From NCBI GenBank assembly GCA_000182565.2, contig KQ257454.1: 64,000 nt of DNA; one strand, 5' to 3'. This stretch comes from Spizellomyces punctatus DAOM BR117 (taxonomy: Eukaryota). The notes beneath the pieces are model-generated. The model saw only the letters and a program-made list of their open reading frames with translations. It was not told the origin of the DNA and searched no databases. The position numbers and the translations under genes were made by a program. Below are positions 51,336 through 64,000 of the stretch, piece after piece (the stretch's first letter is position 1; each line of letters opens with the position of its first letter).

Positions 51336-51487
51336 ATGTATATTGTCTAAGCGTTGTGTTGTCTTTTATTGTAAATATGACTATCTGCTTTTTGGGGGGC
51401 TTTTGCTTTGTACATGTGTTTAAAAAGGAAAAATATACACCGGTGTAAATAAAATGTTATATAAATACGAATCTGGCTGCCTTCTCG

Positions 51488-53431
51488 TTACCCTGCCAGA
51501 GACCGAATTTTCTCCGCAATAATAGGTATTGTCACCCAAACGACTGATGCTGTACCAAACAGTACAAATGTGAGCGAAGATAATGCAGCTGCTTGTGGGT
51601 TCGTCCCTAATAAAGATGCTATAAAGCGAGGATAAGCTTTCGCGGTCGTATGCCTTGGTCAGGAACCATCAATGGTACATACCCGTCCCGACGGCGTGAC
51701 TTGTCACCCCAGTGGTAACACCCACGACCAAAACATCATCTACACACCAACACAATTAGCCAACATATCATCTAAACAAATTACAACTCCAGAATCACAC
51801 ACACCTTTGGACACTCCAACTCGTCTCATCGCCCATTTACCAACGACATCCCCTACCATTCCCGAAACAATAACCATTACGACACCCAAACTTGCGTTAG
51901 CTTCTTGTAGGACGGAGGAAAAGATTTGGAGGGATAACGGCGTGGTTACGAATCTAGTATAAAGCCATCAGACGTGACGATCAGACGATGACGCCGTTTG
52001 ATGGACGTACCGACAAGACATTCCTAAGCTATTCTCTCGGTCCATTCCTATACTCCTCGATAGCCAGACATGGAAGACGAGAGAAAAGATGGAAACAGTC
52101 GATATCACCGTCATGATTGGTACAATCTGCCCGCGGTCCGGTAAACAAGGGCTTTCGCGTAGTGATTTTGAGATGAAGTACATACCTGCTGGCGCATCAT
52201 CACTCTCTCTTTGTACATCCTGATCGCCAATGCTACCACAGCTGCGTCCAAGAGACTGTACAATACGTCACCCGCTCCAGGTGTTGGAAAGGGTTTATGA
52301 GATGCGAGGGCTGTGAGGAGCTTTTGAGCCTTAATGGAGCGAGAATACGTGCCAATAGCTATAGTCAATTGGGAAGAGAAACGAACTTCAGCATACTGAC
52401 GAAATGGTATAGTACAACGAGGCATACCATCATTCAAGCTCTGTCCCTTCATCCCGCCAACACACCACACCCCCAAAATTGTAAGCCCACCGCAAACCAG
52501 CAACGGATGCAAAACCATCTTGAGTTTGGGTGGCAGAGCCAACCCTACAAAGTACGCCAACACCGTAATACACAAATGAACTGGTTGAACGACATCGGTT
52601 AGCAAAGCCAATGCCAAACTCGGGACGAAAAGTGAAATATAGATGAGCAACGTGGAGGGGTGGATCGGGAGCCGGGGAAGAAGGGGTGGCGGGGCTTGTT
52701 GCGACTTTTCGCTGAGAGTTGTGGAGGGACGGCGGTCAAGCTCTATTGCCATTTCTTCGTGGTCTGGTATTGGTATCTTGGGAACTCTACGAAGCAACTT
52801 CATACACCTTCGCACAGCAATAACCATGCCAATCACCAACAATAGCACCACAACATATCCGATAGCTTTTCATGGAAACACCATCAGCCTTCTGCCGTCT
52901 TTAATCCATCATCTGAAAAAACTCACCAAACACCCCAATAACCCTCCCAACTTCTCTCCCCCCCAGCCCTTTCTGCCGGGGCATGACCACCACGGCCGGG
53001 GAAAACATGACGGTCATCCACTTTAACAACCACTCAACGCCCGGATCAGCCCATACGATTGTTCTATCCACCTTGACTTGAACGCTTGGGATCCATGTGC
53101 AAAGGAGGAGTGTAAAGAATAGGATAAGCATAGATAGGACCTGATATTTATCGTTAGATGTGAATTTTCTCCAAAATGCACGATCTGATATATCAAAGAC
53201 ACGTACACTTGCGGGAACTCTACTGCTGACAGCAACGTCAATCCCCCAGACAAACAGTAGCACGACGCAGCAAACAAATGGTACAAATATCCAATCTTCC
53301 GCCAGTGTCCGCAGAGAGACTCCAAATACTAGCCGAACCCTTTTTTGCAGCGTGGGAACGGGGGACATGCCAATTACGGGCTCCGGAAACTCGTCTGGTC
53401 CAAGGCTGGAACATCTTTGTCGGAGGGGCAT
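51488..53431 (-). CDS. LrgB-like (PLGG1/CidA-LrgB-type) membrane transporter; start uncertain
   Basis: LLKWMTVMFSPAVV; VLHPLLVCG; GAGDVLYSLLDAAVVALAIRMY; C-terminal PQAAALSSLTFVLFG. Confidence 0.8.
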
Positions 53432-53904
53432 CGTAGAGTGGGATCCTTGCGGTGCTTGGGTGTGCCGACGACGGGTAAGGGCCAGCAAAGGTCGGATTCA
53501 AATAGACATGGGTCAACCCGCCAGTTGAAAGGTCAAAAAGACACGAAAGACACGTTCAACCGATTATTTTCTTTGGAACTTTCCAACACAGACATGCCGA
53601 TGAAAAGGTCATTTTCAAAAAAGGAATCATTCTCGCGGTCAAGTTGAGCATCGTGCGCAACGCCATTCAGTAGCATTCGTTATGACGGTACTTTTGCCTG
53701 GAAATTGTTATTGTGCGCCATGACTATTCACGGAGGGCATCGGCAGTTATGCTTGTTACATCTTGGGATGGCGTGAAAATCCTTCCTACTTGTAGTGACA
53801 ATAAGGATTTTTTACATAGAGAAGGGGCTCTATACGATATAATTAACGATAAACTGCATCTCTGTATCTGAGGTCTTTTTTAATGTGCGCTGCATGCACT
53901 GGTT

Positions 53905-54375
53905 CGCACTAGGGGTGGATATGTGCCGAGTCCAGACAGCCTACTTACCCAAGATTGGATACTGTAATGGGTGTGATGTGGTCTCAAAACCTGCGTGCAC
54001 CATCTTGCTGCTGTTCATGATCAAAGAAGAGTTCCGCATGAATGACTGGTTTGCTCATGGTAAGGTATGCGATATTTGGAGACGTTAAGATGGAAAAGAA
54101 GAATTGTGCCAACTGGGCAAGCAGCCGCATCCTTCAAATCGAAACAGCGAACAGAATATGATATTGAAATGAACTAATGGACAGGACAGAGTTATTGAAC
54201 TAATAATGAACTATCTCACAAAATAGCGAAGGGCACCTGTGTCATGAAAACTATGGTATCAGAATACAGCGCTGAGAAAATACAAGTACCGCTTTGCTTA
54301 CTTGTGCTTCAATGGTCCGCTAGGTCATGTAATCGGCCGCAGAGCGATCGCAGGCTCGGTCGGGGCGGTCGGTCG
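53905..54375 (+). repeat. Dispersed degenerate repeat, copy 2 (copy 1 at ~14470-14935)
   Basis: Shared blocks with 14470-14935 in the same orientation. Confidence 0.8.
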
Positions 54376-54408
54376 AGGTTCTCGGAGAAGATGGCACCGC
54401 CAAAGCTT

Positions 54409-56414
54409 TCAGTCAATTGGGAAGCTCCCGTTTTATCGCAGCGACATCCCGTTTTACCGCAAGCGACATCCATCCCTCATCCGTGTTTATTGTACCAACA
54501 AAATGTTCTCAAACCTCCTCGGATGGGCCAACCCCAACCGCAACAACCAGACCCCAACCAGACTGAACAACCAGAGCGAACCCCCGACACATGGGGGCAC
54601 CGCTACCATTTTTACCTTCGGCCGCCGAATGGTATCTGGATCAACCGCTTCATCCCGCCTTCTTTGCGCAACCAGATACTGGACCCCGTTGGGGGGATGT
54701 GCCCTCGGACGCCGTCTCAGGATAAAACCCTACGACCCCCACTGCCCGGGGGCAATAACTATTACCGTGGGCCGAGAAGGGGAGGGCCGGTCCAGATGTG
54801 CCCTCACGATCCGCCTGGCCAACGGTACATGGCTGAACGTGACCACACGGGGTGACGAGCGACGTCCGGCGGTTCAGGACCCGCCAAATGGAAGGCACCC
54901 CACCAGGCGTGGAAGAAGTGTTCCTGCTCCGAAACCCCATTTTGGAGGTTGACCATTTGTTTGTTCTGATCCTACTCCTTTGTGCTCCTTTCGATGCTTC
55001 CCTCGCTTATTGTCCTTGCCTTCATTCAATCCTGCGCACCAGTGCACCGGGGCCTATGTCTCTCCCATTCTCGTCATGAAGTCCAATGCCATCAGCAAGA
55101 AAGTGGACAAATCGCTTGTCGCCGTCCTGGATGGGCACGGCTCGTTTGGGTCCTCTGACAATAAGCGTAACGTTTCGGTTGGTTTGAGGTGCCTCCAAAA
55201 GTTCGGCTGCGTCTTCTCTGCCTTGTGGTTGACGTTTGGCGTTGCCTCTTCGCTGTGCTCCCGTCCGCCCGTACTTGTTGTTCTTCTTTGTCCAGCTGGT
55301 CGGCTGGGTATTGCCAGGTTTGACCCTCCCCCCGGTCTGGACCATCTTGAGTATTGTCAGTATGTTTTCGTGTGCGTGTATCCGTACAATGTCTTTTCGT
55401 GTGCGTGTATCCGTACGATATCGTGGTCGAGGAGAAGTTGGGCGGTTCGGGGGTATCTGAACAGCACTGGAACGGCGATCGGTGCTCCCGTTGGGACCGA
55501 CATTTTGAGCCATCTCGGGGAAAGGGACGAACAGGCCTGCGGTCTCGAGAACAAGATGTATTCGTCGAGTCGAAGGGGTAAGATGCGAGGTTGCGGGCCG
55601 TGGCTCGTCCCGGATCCTACTAGGAACAATGCTCTTGTCTCGGCGAAGCGGCGCCCAGCGAATTAAGCTGGCCATGCAGAACTTTGCCGAGGTGTTTATC
55701 GTTCCTATCGCGGAACAGGACAGCGCGCGGTCCGCTTATTACGGTTCGGTCCATCAGTAACGTAGCGGCCTGACGTAGAAGTGGTATCGGTGGCCCCGTC
55801 TGTCGGGTTGCTGCTGCTCTGGTTATTGCGGTGGTTCCACGTGCCGTCTGCCAGTCAGATCGTTAAGGTTGATCTCGAACGGCCTTCCCCTTCTCGTCCC
55901 AAGGTGATCGTAATGGTGCCGGGGCCGTGCGGGTTGTATTGCTTGATTCGGAGCTTTACGGCGGGTCCTGAACCGCCGGACGTCGGGCTCGTCACCCCGT
56001 GTGGTGACGTTCAGCCATGTACCGTTGGCCAGGCGGATCGTGAGGGCACATCTGGACCGGCCCTCCCCTTCTCGGCCCACGGTAATAGTTATTGCCCCCG
56101 GGCAGTGGGGGTCGTAGGGTTTTATCCTGAGACGGCGTCCGAGGGCACATCTCCCCAACGGGGTCCAGTATCTGGTTGCGCAAAGAAGGCGGGATGAAGC
56201 GGTTGATCCAGATACCATTCGGCGGCCGAAGGTAAAAATGGTAGCGGTGCCCCCATGTGTCGGGGGTTCGCTCTGGTTGTTCAGTCTGGTTGGGGTCTGG
56301 TTGTTGCGGTTGCGGTTAGACCCATCCGAGTAGGTTTGCGAACATTTTGTCGGTACAATAAACACTGATGAGGGATGTCGCTTGCGATAAAGAGGGAACT
56401 TCCCAATTGACTGA
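54409..56414. mobile_element. Foldback-like structure: inverted arms 54409-54885 and 55960-56414 around a ~1.07-kb core
   Basis: Arms are near-identical reverse complements (the same peptides appear in ORFs 54302+ and 55823-); no TSD seen. Confidence 0.6.
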
Positions 56415-57427
56415 CCTTTTATGCAAGTAGCAGTGCCCCGCCTCCACGCTCACATCACCGTGCGTGAGCAAATTTAGTAACCTCGGAAGCCCGACTTTTG
56501 ACAGCTGCCACGCGGAAGAAAATCCCGGAACTCCTTGGCGCAATAATGCGAGGAAGTATTTTCTTATTTCTGCAATCCTTCATCCCTTCGCAAACACTGC
56601 CTCCAACATCACGCCGTCATTGTGTAATGTTTCTCCTCATGCCGTCAGTTTGCCATTTTGGCAGAGTCATGCATTACATTCGTAATTTTGGTTTTTGGTC
56701 CTCAAACGGCGTGAGGAGCCTTAATTGTAAAAGAACAGCAATTATAGAAGAGTGATTAAACAGAAAGAGAACTTGCTGGCGGCATTGCAGCTAGATCAGC
56801 AGCGACAATGTAGATCACTTCATGGGCTATCAAAAACTATTCAGCCAATTCCTATAGAGTAGGATACGTCACTAAGATAAAAAAGAGCTGGAAACACCGG
56901 TAAAATTCCGGATAACTTGTCAATATACCCGATGTCAAAGTATACCCTTCCCGTCTAATGGATACGGTAAAAGCGGCAAATCCTCATGCATGGGGGGATG
57001 GTGTACAGGTCTTCCAAGCAGCCCCATTGCTTCATCTATCCGAAACAATCTGCTGAGTTAAACTCAACTCGTAAACGGGAAACAATGTATGACCATAGCT
57101 GAGTAGTACTGCAGCTTGCCGCCTCTCCTTCAGTCATGAGGGCTTCTAATGACTGACGTGGCCACGCAGTATGGCAGCTTTCATCCAGCTGTCATCACGA
57201 AGACTGACTTACTGACATGGCCGCGCAGTATAGCAGCCATCATCCAATCCTCATCCCGACAGCTGACTGACTGACTGGAAAAGCTGTCCAATCATCAGGC
57301 AAAGCGCCTCTCCAGCAGCACCAAGAGCAAAATCTGCCTCGACCAGGCGTGCAGCGGAACTTTGACAGCTCGTTGCTGACTAAGCAGATTTGAACCTCAT
57401 TGCTGCGCAAACGTGGCAAACCTTTCC

Positions 57428-58230
57428 ATGCATGCCATTTCAATGACGAGCACAACACCACCCCCTCCACCTTTTCATGAATCCAAGAAGGTTGTAGTTG
57501 CTGGTTCGGCGAGCTCAGGCAAGAGCTCCCTCGTTCAACGGTACGTGTTGATACATGAAAAAGCGCACCAACCTACCGATTCCCTTGGCCTAACGCGAAA
57601 CAAACTCCTAAAGGGCAGTCACAAATACATTCACATCAGATTATCTGCAAACATTTGGAGCCGATTTATGCGTCAAGAACAGCAGCGAAAAGTAAGAATG
57701 CAAAAGTTTCTTGTTTTCTATCGGTGTCTCCTTACCCATGCATCAGGACGAAATATGCGCTGAACATATGGACCTGTGGTGGGCACGAGCGATACCGCGC
57801 TCTCTTGGAACAATTTTTTGTGGGTGCTGATGTGAGTAGAAGTGCAGCCCAGTGCCATCATATCTCTTCGGCTTTTACATCGACTGATGTGTCTCCGATC
57901 AGGTCGTCATCCTGTGCTTCGACATGTTGAGCACCAGTTCTTTTCAAGAGTTGCCGTATTGGTTTAATGAATACAAAAGGTACGGAGGACGTGATTTATG
58001 GCTTTTCTGAAATCCTGCAGCTTCTTACGGGAGACTCGCACTTTAGAAACGCGCCAGACGCACTGGCAATCATGGTGGGTACAAAGTCCGACGATGCGGA
58101 TAGCATCAAAATCAAGCCGCAGGACGCTCTAAAACAGGCGAAAGAATGGGGAATAGAGTTTCGGGCAGTTTCTTCAAAGACAGGAATGAATATTGGGGAG
58201 CTTTTCGATCATGTTGTAGCAAGCCTGTAA
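57428..58230 (+). CDS. Divergent Rab/Ras-like small GTPase, multi-exon
   Basis: KVVVAGSASSGKSSL (G1); IWTCGGHERY (G3-like); MVGTKSD (G4); VSSKTGMNI (G5); no C-terminal Cys. Confidence 0.85.
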
Positions 58231-58403
58231 TAGAGGGATGCCTAGTATTTTGCGTTTCCGTTTATATCGTACAAACTACTTTAGCCATTATCCCCGCGTC
58301 GTGCACCGCTCTGGAGCATACATGCACTAATTTGCACGCCTCACTGTATACGTCCCTGCCTCCGGCTCGTAGCTGACTTCGTCAAATCTGGGCCGACTAG
58401 CAT

Positions 58404-61400
58404 TCATGCTCGTGTGTTAATCGTGAGCCCACTATTTTTAATCCTCTTTTTCGCTCCAGACTGGTCTAGATCTGCTGCGCCCTGCCCCCAAAAGCTTGTG
58501 GGCGTCGTACCGGTCGCTAGGTTTGAGAAACGAGCTCGATATGCATGCCCTCCAAATCATAGTTTCCTCAACGTGACATACCAGGGGGTTTCGTTGTATT
58601 TAAAGTTGTTGGTGTTTGGGCTAACATAGAAGAAGAGACGTGCGTAAGTCTTTCGTCACAATCAGTACGTGCCTCACACCAACTTACAAAGTCCGCCAAA
58701 AAGTGAGCCAGTGGCCTGTCCTGTGGGTGCAGCTGTAATTGCGGAATGAGAATCGGTAGCAACAAAGAAGCTGCAGTGTCAGCACGTACCAGATGGTGCC
58801 CACATATTTGACGATGCCAGAGTTGATGATGCTTGCGCTGCATTGGAAGTGGCTGAAAGATGTGATGTATCGTATTAGCCCTTTAGACCACCCGAATAGA
58901 TGCATAGTCAAACTCTTCGTACCGGAAGGAGCGAATAAACTTGACCCGAGCGTGAATGAACCAGCTGCCTGACTTGTCGCTGATGGACGAACACCGTAAG
59001 TACTCGCAGATAGAAGGTCACATGTTAAGACAAGGTACTACCTGGCTGGCCCATATTGGAAGCTCCGATTGACGATATTCCGAACGTTGTTGGGTTAGCT
59101 GCTACTTTGAAGAATGGCAGAGTTGGAGACGTTCCTCGCACAGTGCACATCATGGAGCACTTACCAGGTTGGCTGAACAGGCTTGACGATCCCAACGTAG
59201 CGTATCCCAACCCAGGTGCCTGTGCTCCTTGGGACGCTTGTGCAGAGGGCTTTAATGTAGTGGAGGCAATGAGTTCGAGCGGTGTCGCTTCTCGACCTGA
59301 CGCAGATATCAAATGGAATCCTAATCGAAGAAGCTATATTAGAGACCAGTACTCTACCTTGATCGTGCGGTCCTCGTCTTGACTTGAATGCCTCCTCGAT
59401 GCCAAAGTATCTGCGCCTAAAATCCGCATAGTTCTCCTTTTGTTTATCTAGTGCGTCATGAATCATGGCGATTTTGCTCGCAATTGCCATAAAGCTGTCA
59501 TCCTGATTCCGCATGATGTCCAGGAGAACTGAATTTGATATATTGCCGTCGTTCAATAGACTTCCCCGACAAAAGCAGGAAACCTTGCGCTTTCACCCAC
59601 CTTGTGGCGAATATTGTCTCTCCTGGGAAAGGCTTTTAATGTTTAGCTCAAGCTCTTCGATTATCTGTCGATACTGTTGCATTCTTTTCTCCAAGTTGTC
59701 GGCAAACTTGATAAAGTACCTGCAGATTCAAGCCACAAATATCATTTGCCATGTTCTACGTAAGAACAGACAGGAAAGGAGAGTTACGTACTGGGCATGC
59801 GGGTCATGCTTTGGTGGCGCTACAAACGAACTTGAGCCGCTTCTATACCGCTCTACGAACCTCTGGATAAGGTCGCTATGCCGAAGCTCCAGGCCCACTT
59901 GTTGGCGAAGGTCGTCAATCAAGTATCTATCACGCTGCAACAAATTATGCAATCCAGCTAGTTTCTGTCATTTTGGATTAATAAAATAGAATAAGAGCTG
60001 CAAGGCGTGGTATGTTTGCAAATAAGCACTCACTTGGGACAGTTGCTTCACCTCCTCCGTGATCTCGCTGATGGAGTCTGCTGTTTGACTTGCAGCATTG
60101 GATTCAGCAACACGTATGTTCTGTTGAATGATGTTTCTACAATAACATCAGTCACTAAGGAGTAGATAGGACCAGGAACGCACGAGACCTTACTCAAGCC
60201 CATCGACGAGCTGTTTAAACTCCGGTGGCAGTTCGAAATACTTAGTTTTCAACGTAACCGCGTTGATCGACACACTATCGCCAGAAGAGAATTTTAGAAG
60301 CCTGTTAGCGGTATGCCGGAGAATATGCTCACTACACGTACCGAGTTGGTGCCGACGAATCGGTTCCAGATGCTGCTCTATGTACGAGGGGACGCATTAC
60401 ATCAGCCCAAACATGCGTAGAAATCGATCAACTTGCAAGCGAGGCACTCACAAAGAAGCTCCCAACGCTGGCGCAGGAGTGACGGAGGCTGGAGGTGCCG
60501 CGGTGGCCGCTGTCGATGTTGGAAATAAAGATGATGACGCAGCAGTTGACCCAGGCGCTGCTGTCGCTCCCCCAGAACCAAGGATAGGTGTTCCAAAACC
60601 TGCTGGTTTTTGTGGAGCAACGGTCCCAAGGCCACCCAGGCCGGTTTGAGTCGCAGGTTTGGAAAACAAGGACGATGCGCCTAACGTAGAGGCAGGTATT
60701 GTTGCGGACGCGGCACTACTTGGCGCGGTACTGGCAGTTGGTTGTAGTGTTGTAGATCCAAACCCAGTTAAACCACCAGTTTGAGCGGCAGGTTTGGAGA
60801 ACAAGGACGAAGCTGTTGACGTAGAGGCACCGGCACCAATACTCGGTACTGTAGACGCGGGCTGTGCAACAGTTGTGCCTCCAAACCCGCTTAACCCACC
60901 GGCTTGGGTAGTTGGTGTGGAGAAGAAATTCGAAGAAGCGGCGGGGACTGCGTTCTGAGCAGGTGTGGAAGTTCCGAATCCGCCGAGCCCCCCAGATTGA
61001 GTAGTGGGCACAGAAAATAAGGTTGAAGAACTGGGGGCGGCTGGTTGGGCAGCCGTAGAAATCCCGAAACCGGCGACTCCACTTGATTGACTCGGGGGAG
61101 CGGAGAAAAATGTCGAGGTGGACGTGGCAGGCTGAGTTGTAGCGGAAGTTCCAAATGCGCCTAGCCCGGTGGATTGAGTGGTAGGTGCCGAGAAGAAGGA
61201 TGGAGCGGAAGCCGGCGCGGCCGATGCCCCACCAAATAATCCCGGCGTACTAGTAGCCGGTTGTGCAGCGGGCGCTCCAAAGCCACCAAATCCGCTCGCT
61301 TGGGTGGCAGGTGTCGAAGCAAAAGGTGAAGGATTGGCTCCCCAAAGAGGGGGTTGTGCAGACGGAGTTGGATTCGCAGCACTGGCTGGTTGCGATGATG

Positions 61401-61616
61401 TGGGAGCTCCCGACGCTCCCGCCCCAAAAAAGCCTAAAGGAAGACGACAAAACAGTAAACAACCCGATCGATTCAAGCAGTTACTTGTCAAATTGTAACC
61501 GTGTAGACTTACTTTAAGATCGCAAGGAAACAAACAGGAAAGGAATCCAGTACAGTGAGAAAACGTTTGGTCCGCTCAGGGCGACCTATAAAAAGTACCT
61601 ACCTTCCGCCAAACAT
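58404..61616 (-). CDS. FG nucleoporin, Nup58/Nup49-like, with many small C-terminal exons
   Basis: FG-rich N-terminus; YFELPPEFKQLVDGLE; FADNLEKRMQQYRQIIEELE; IMRNQDDSFMAIASKIA..FRRRYFG; five phase-1 exons ending ..GAKKRIKNSGLTINTRA*. Confidence 0.8.
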
Positions 61617-61875
61617 TATGGTATTGATAATTGGGCTCCTATCTTCAACAGACCGTTAAAACGCCGCGCAAAGGAGTGTGTGATGCAAATGATCTGAAAG
61701 CTGGTGGTCGGCAGGATCTCGGGCAGCAAGTGGTTAGAGAGAGGCTTAGCCTTCACTTGCACGTGATCAGCTGGAACAAGCAAGACAAGATGTACGGAAT
61801 CGACGACAAAGCTCACTCATGAGTTCTATTCTCACAGGGGAACGCTATGTAAAGTCTGCGAGAAAGTTGGCTCAA

Positions 61876-62895
<1,020 letters not shown>

Positions 62896-63063
62896 TATGC
62901 CAAAAGGTGTTGGAATTGCTCAACAGCACCTTTCCACCATTAAGTCCAATCTCAGTTACGGTCACGTGATGAAAGGTGTGACGTTGCCTTCATCAACGAC
63001 CACCATTTGCATTCTTCGTTATCGCCCGTACCTTTTGAGCCTTTCCAGAGCTTTACTTGCTCA

Positions 63064-64000
63064 ATGGACCATACGCTGCAAGGCACGGGACCGTCTAGGT
63101 CCGAAAAAGCTTCTCTTCCCATCGCGTTTACAGATAAGCGTTCGACGTATCCTTATGCGAAGAGACGCCCCACCAGCATCTCATCACCAGCTCGGCTTGC
63201 TGCGCTCCTGACTGCTGCATTAGCGGCCATACTACTACTGCACTGCTATTGGGGACCGGGCGCTGGGGACGCTTCAGGATTCAAGCTCGCGAATGTTGCG
63301 GAGGAAGTACTGCCTTACAACGACTTTTTGGGAAGAGCAAAGCAGATACTCAAGAGGGTGCCGCTCATTGATGGGTACGCAGACGGTGGCAAATGAACGG
63401 AGAAATTGAAAGTTAAATATGGTTTTTGAAGGCACAATGATTTGCCATTTTCCTTACAGGTGAGATATCGAACGCATACGGTGACCTAAGTGGATATTTC
63501 GGAGGAGTGACAAATTATTTGGCAGATGAGGAATGGTGGTCAGATCAATGACCTCAATCTTACAGATCTGGGCTCCCCATACCATACGGGTGCGTTGCGC
63601 TGGAGGTTATGTGCTATTTTGGAAATATTTTTGAGCTGATACGGCTGCTGGTTGTAGACATGAAGCGTTTGAAATCAGGAAGGTGTGTTTTAGGCACGGA
63701 TGCAGCGTCCCTCCGATGTCATTCGTAATGTCTTACAATCATTTTAGAGTCGGGGCCCAGTTCTGGAGCGCATATGTCCCATGCTCTGATTACACAAAGA
63801 AGTCCGACGACGTCAAGTTCACGCTGGTGAGTGTTTCGAGACCTAGCCCCGGTTCCAGGAAGCGTGATCTCACATTTGTGTGTATTAGGAGCAAATTGAT
63901 CTCGTTCATCGTATGGTTGATTATTACCCTGAGGTAGATATGGTGGACACTTAGCCCAACGTCATTGCAATTGTTGAGTCGTGCCATAAATTTCAGACCC
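63064..64000 (+). CDS. Membrane dipeptidase (peptidase M19), truncated by window end
   Basis: N-terminal TM; VPLIDG|HNDLP; HTD..RL..G.VGAQFWSAYVPC; TLEQIDLVHRM. Confidence 0.9.

Noticed and set aside
56360..56415. Hammerhead ribozyme at CTGATGAG
   Set aside because: No stem II followed by GAAA, and the motif is not kept in the left arm.
56420..57060. DDE transposase relic next to the foldback (fragments such as SSHYCAKEFRDFL and LTHGDVSV)
   Set aside because: Fragments are short, lie in different frames and are full of stops; the resemblance could be chance.
57152..57246. Two 36-bp direct repeats (period 59) upstream of the GTPase
   Set aside because: Only two diverged copies; consistent with an ordinary local duplication.

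Overview
Gene-dense, intron-rich fungal genomic DNA (short GT-AG introns of about 50-80 bp; the style suggests an early-diverging fungus such as a chytrid, which is an inference). I can support about 28 protein genes: a minimal ATP-dependent DNA ligase, VCX1, a Yap1-like bZIP, RSM22, IDP1, ESS2, ADE12, GIM3, a GT32 glycosyltransferase, RAD10, SEN34, TAF7, a GNAT, SNC1, an SGNH protein, RFC4, TRM6, an FNT channel, a Mit_KHE1-like protein, UBC8, PEX5, a CAMK-type kinase, an LrgB-like transporter, a Rab-like GTPase, a Nup58/49-like nucleoporin, NUDT21, an M19 dipeptidase and two membrane proteins. There is also an intron-containing tRNA-Asp(GTC). Two accessory islands stand out. (1) 12-18 kb holds degenerate gene-family relics, an 82-bp TA-flanked MITE and an intact six-exon gene (392 aa, not visible as one ORF in the track) for a PD-(D/E)xK-like nuclease-fold protein with an NLS. 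Directly downstream is an array of five 37-bp hairpin repeats carrying Pol III A-box-like motifs, followed by two hairpins. This is the best candidate for an undescribed system. (2) 53.9-56.4 kb holds a foldback structure with two near-identical inverted arms of about 460 bp around a decayed modular ORF. Other notable points: telomere-like repeats inside a VCX1 intron, a GC-AG intron plus PTS1 in IDP1, three +1 frameshifts in RSM22, a Ser-to-Asp SGNH nucleophile, and a run of phase-1 mini-exons in the nucleoporin. Exon boundaries were read by eye and family assignments come from recalled motifs; no searches were run.
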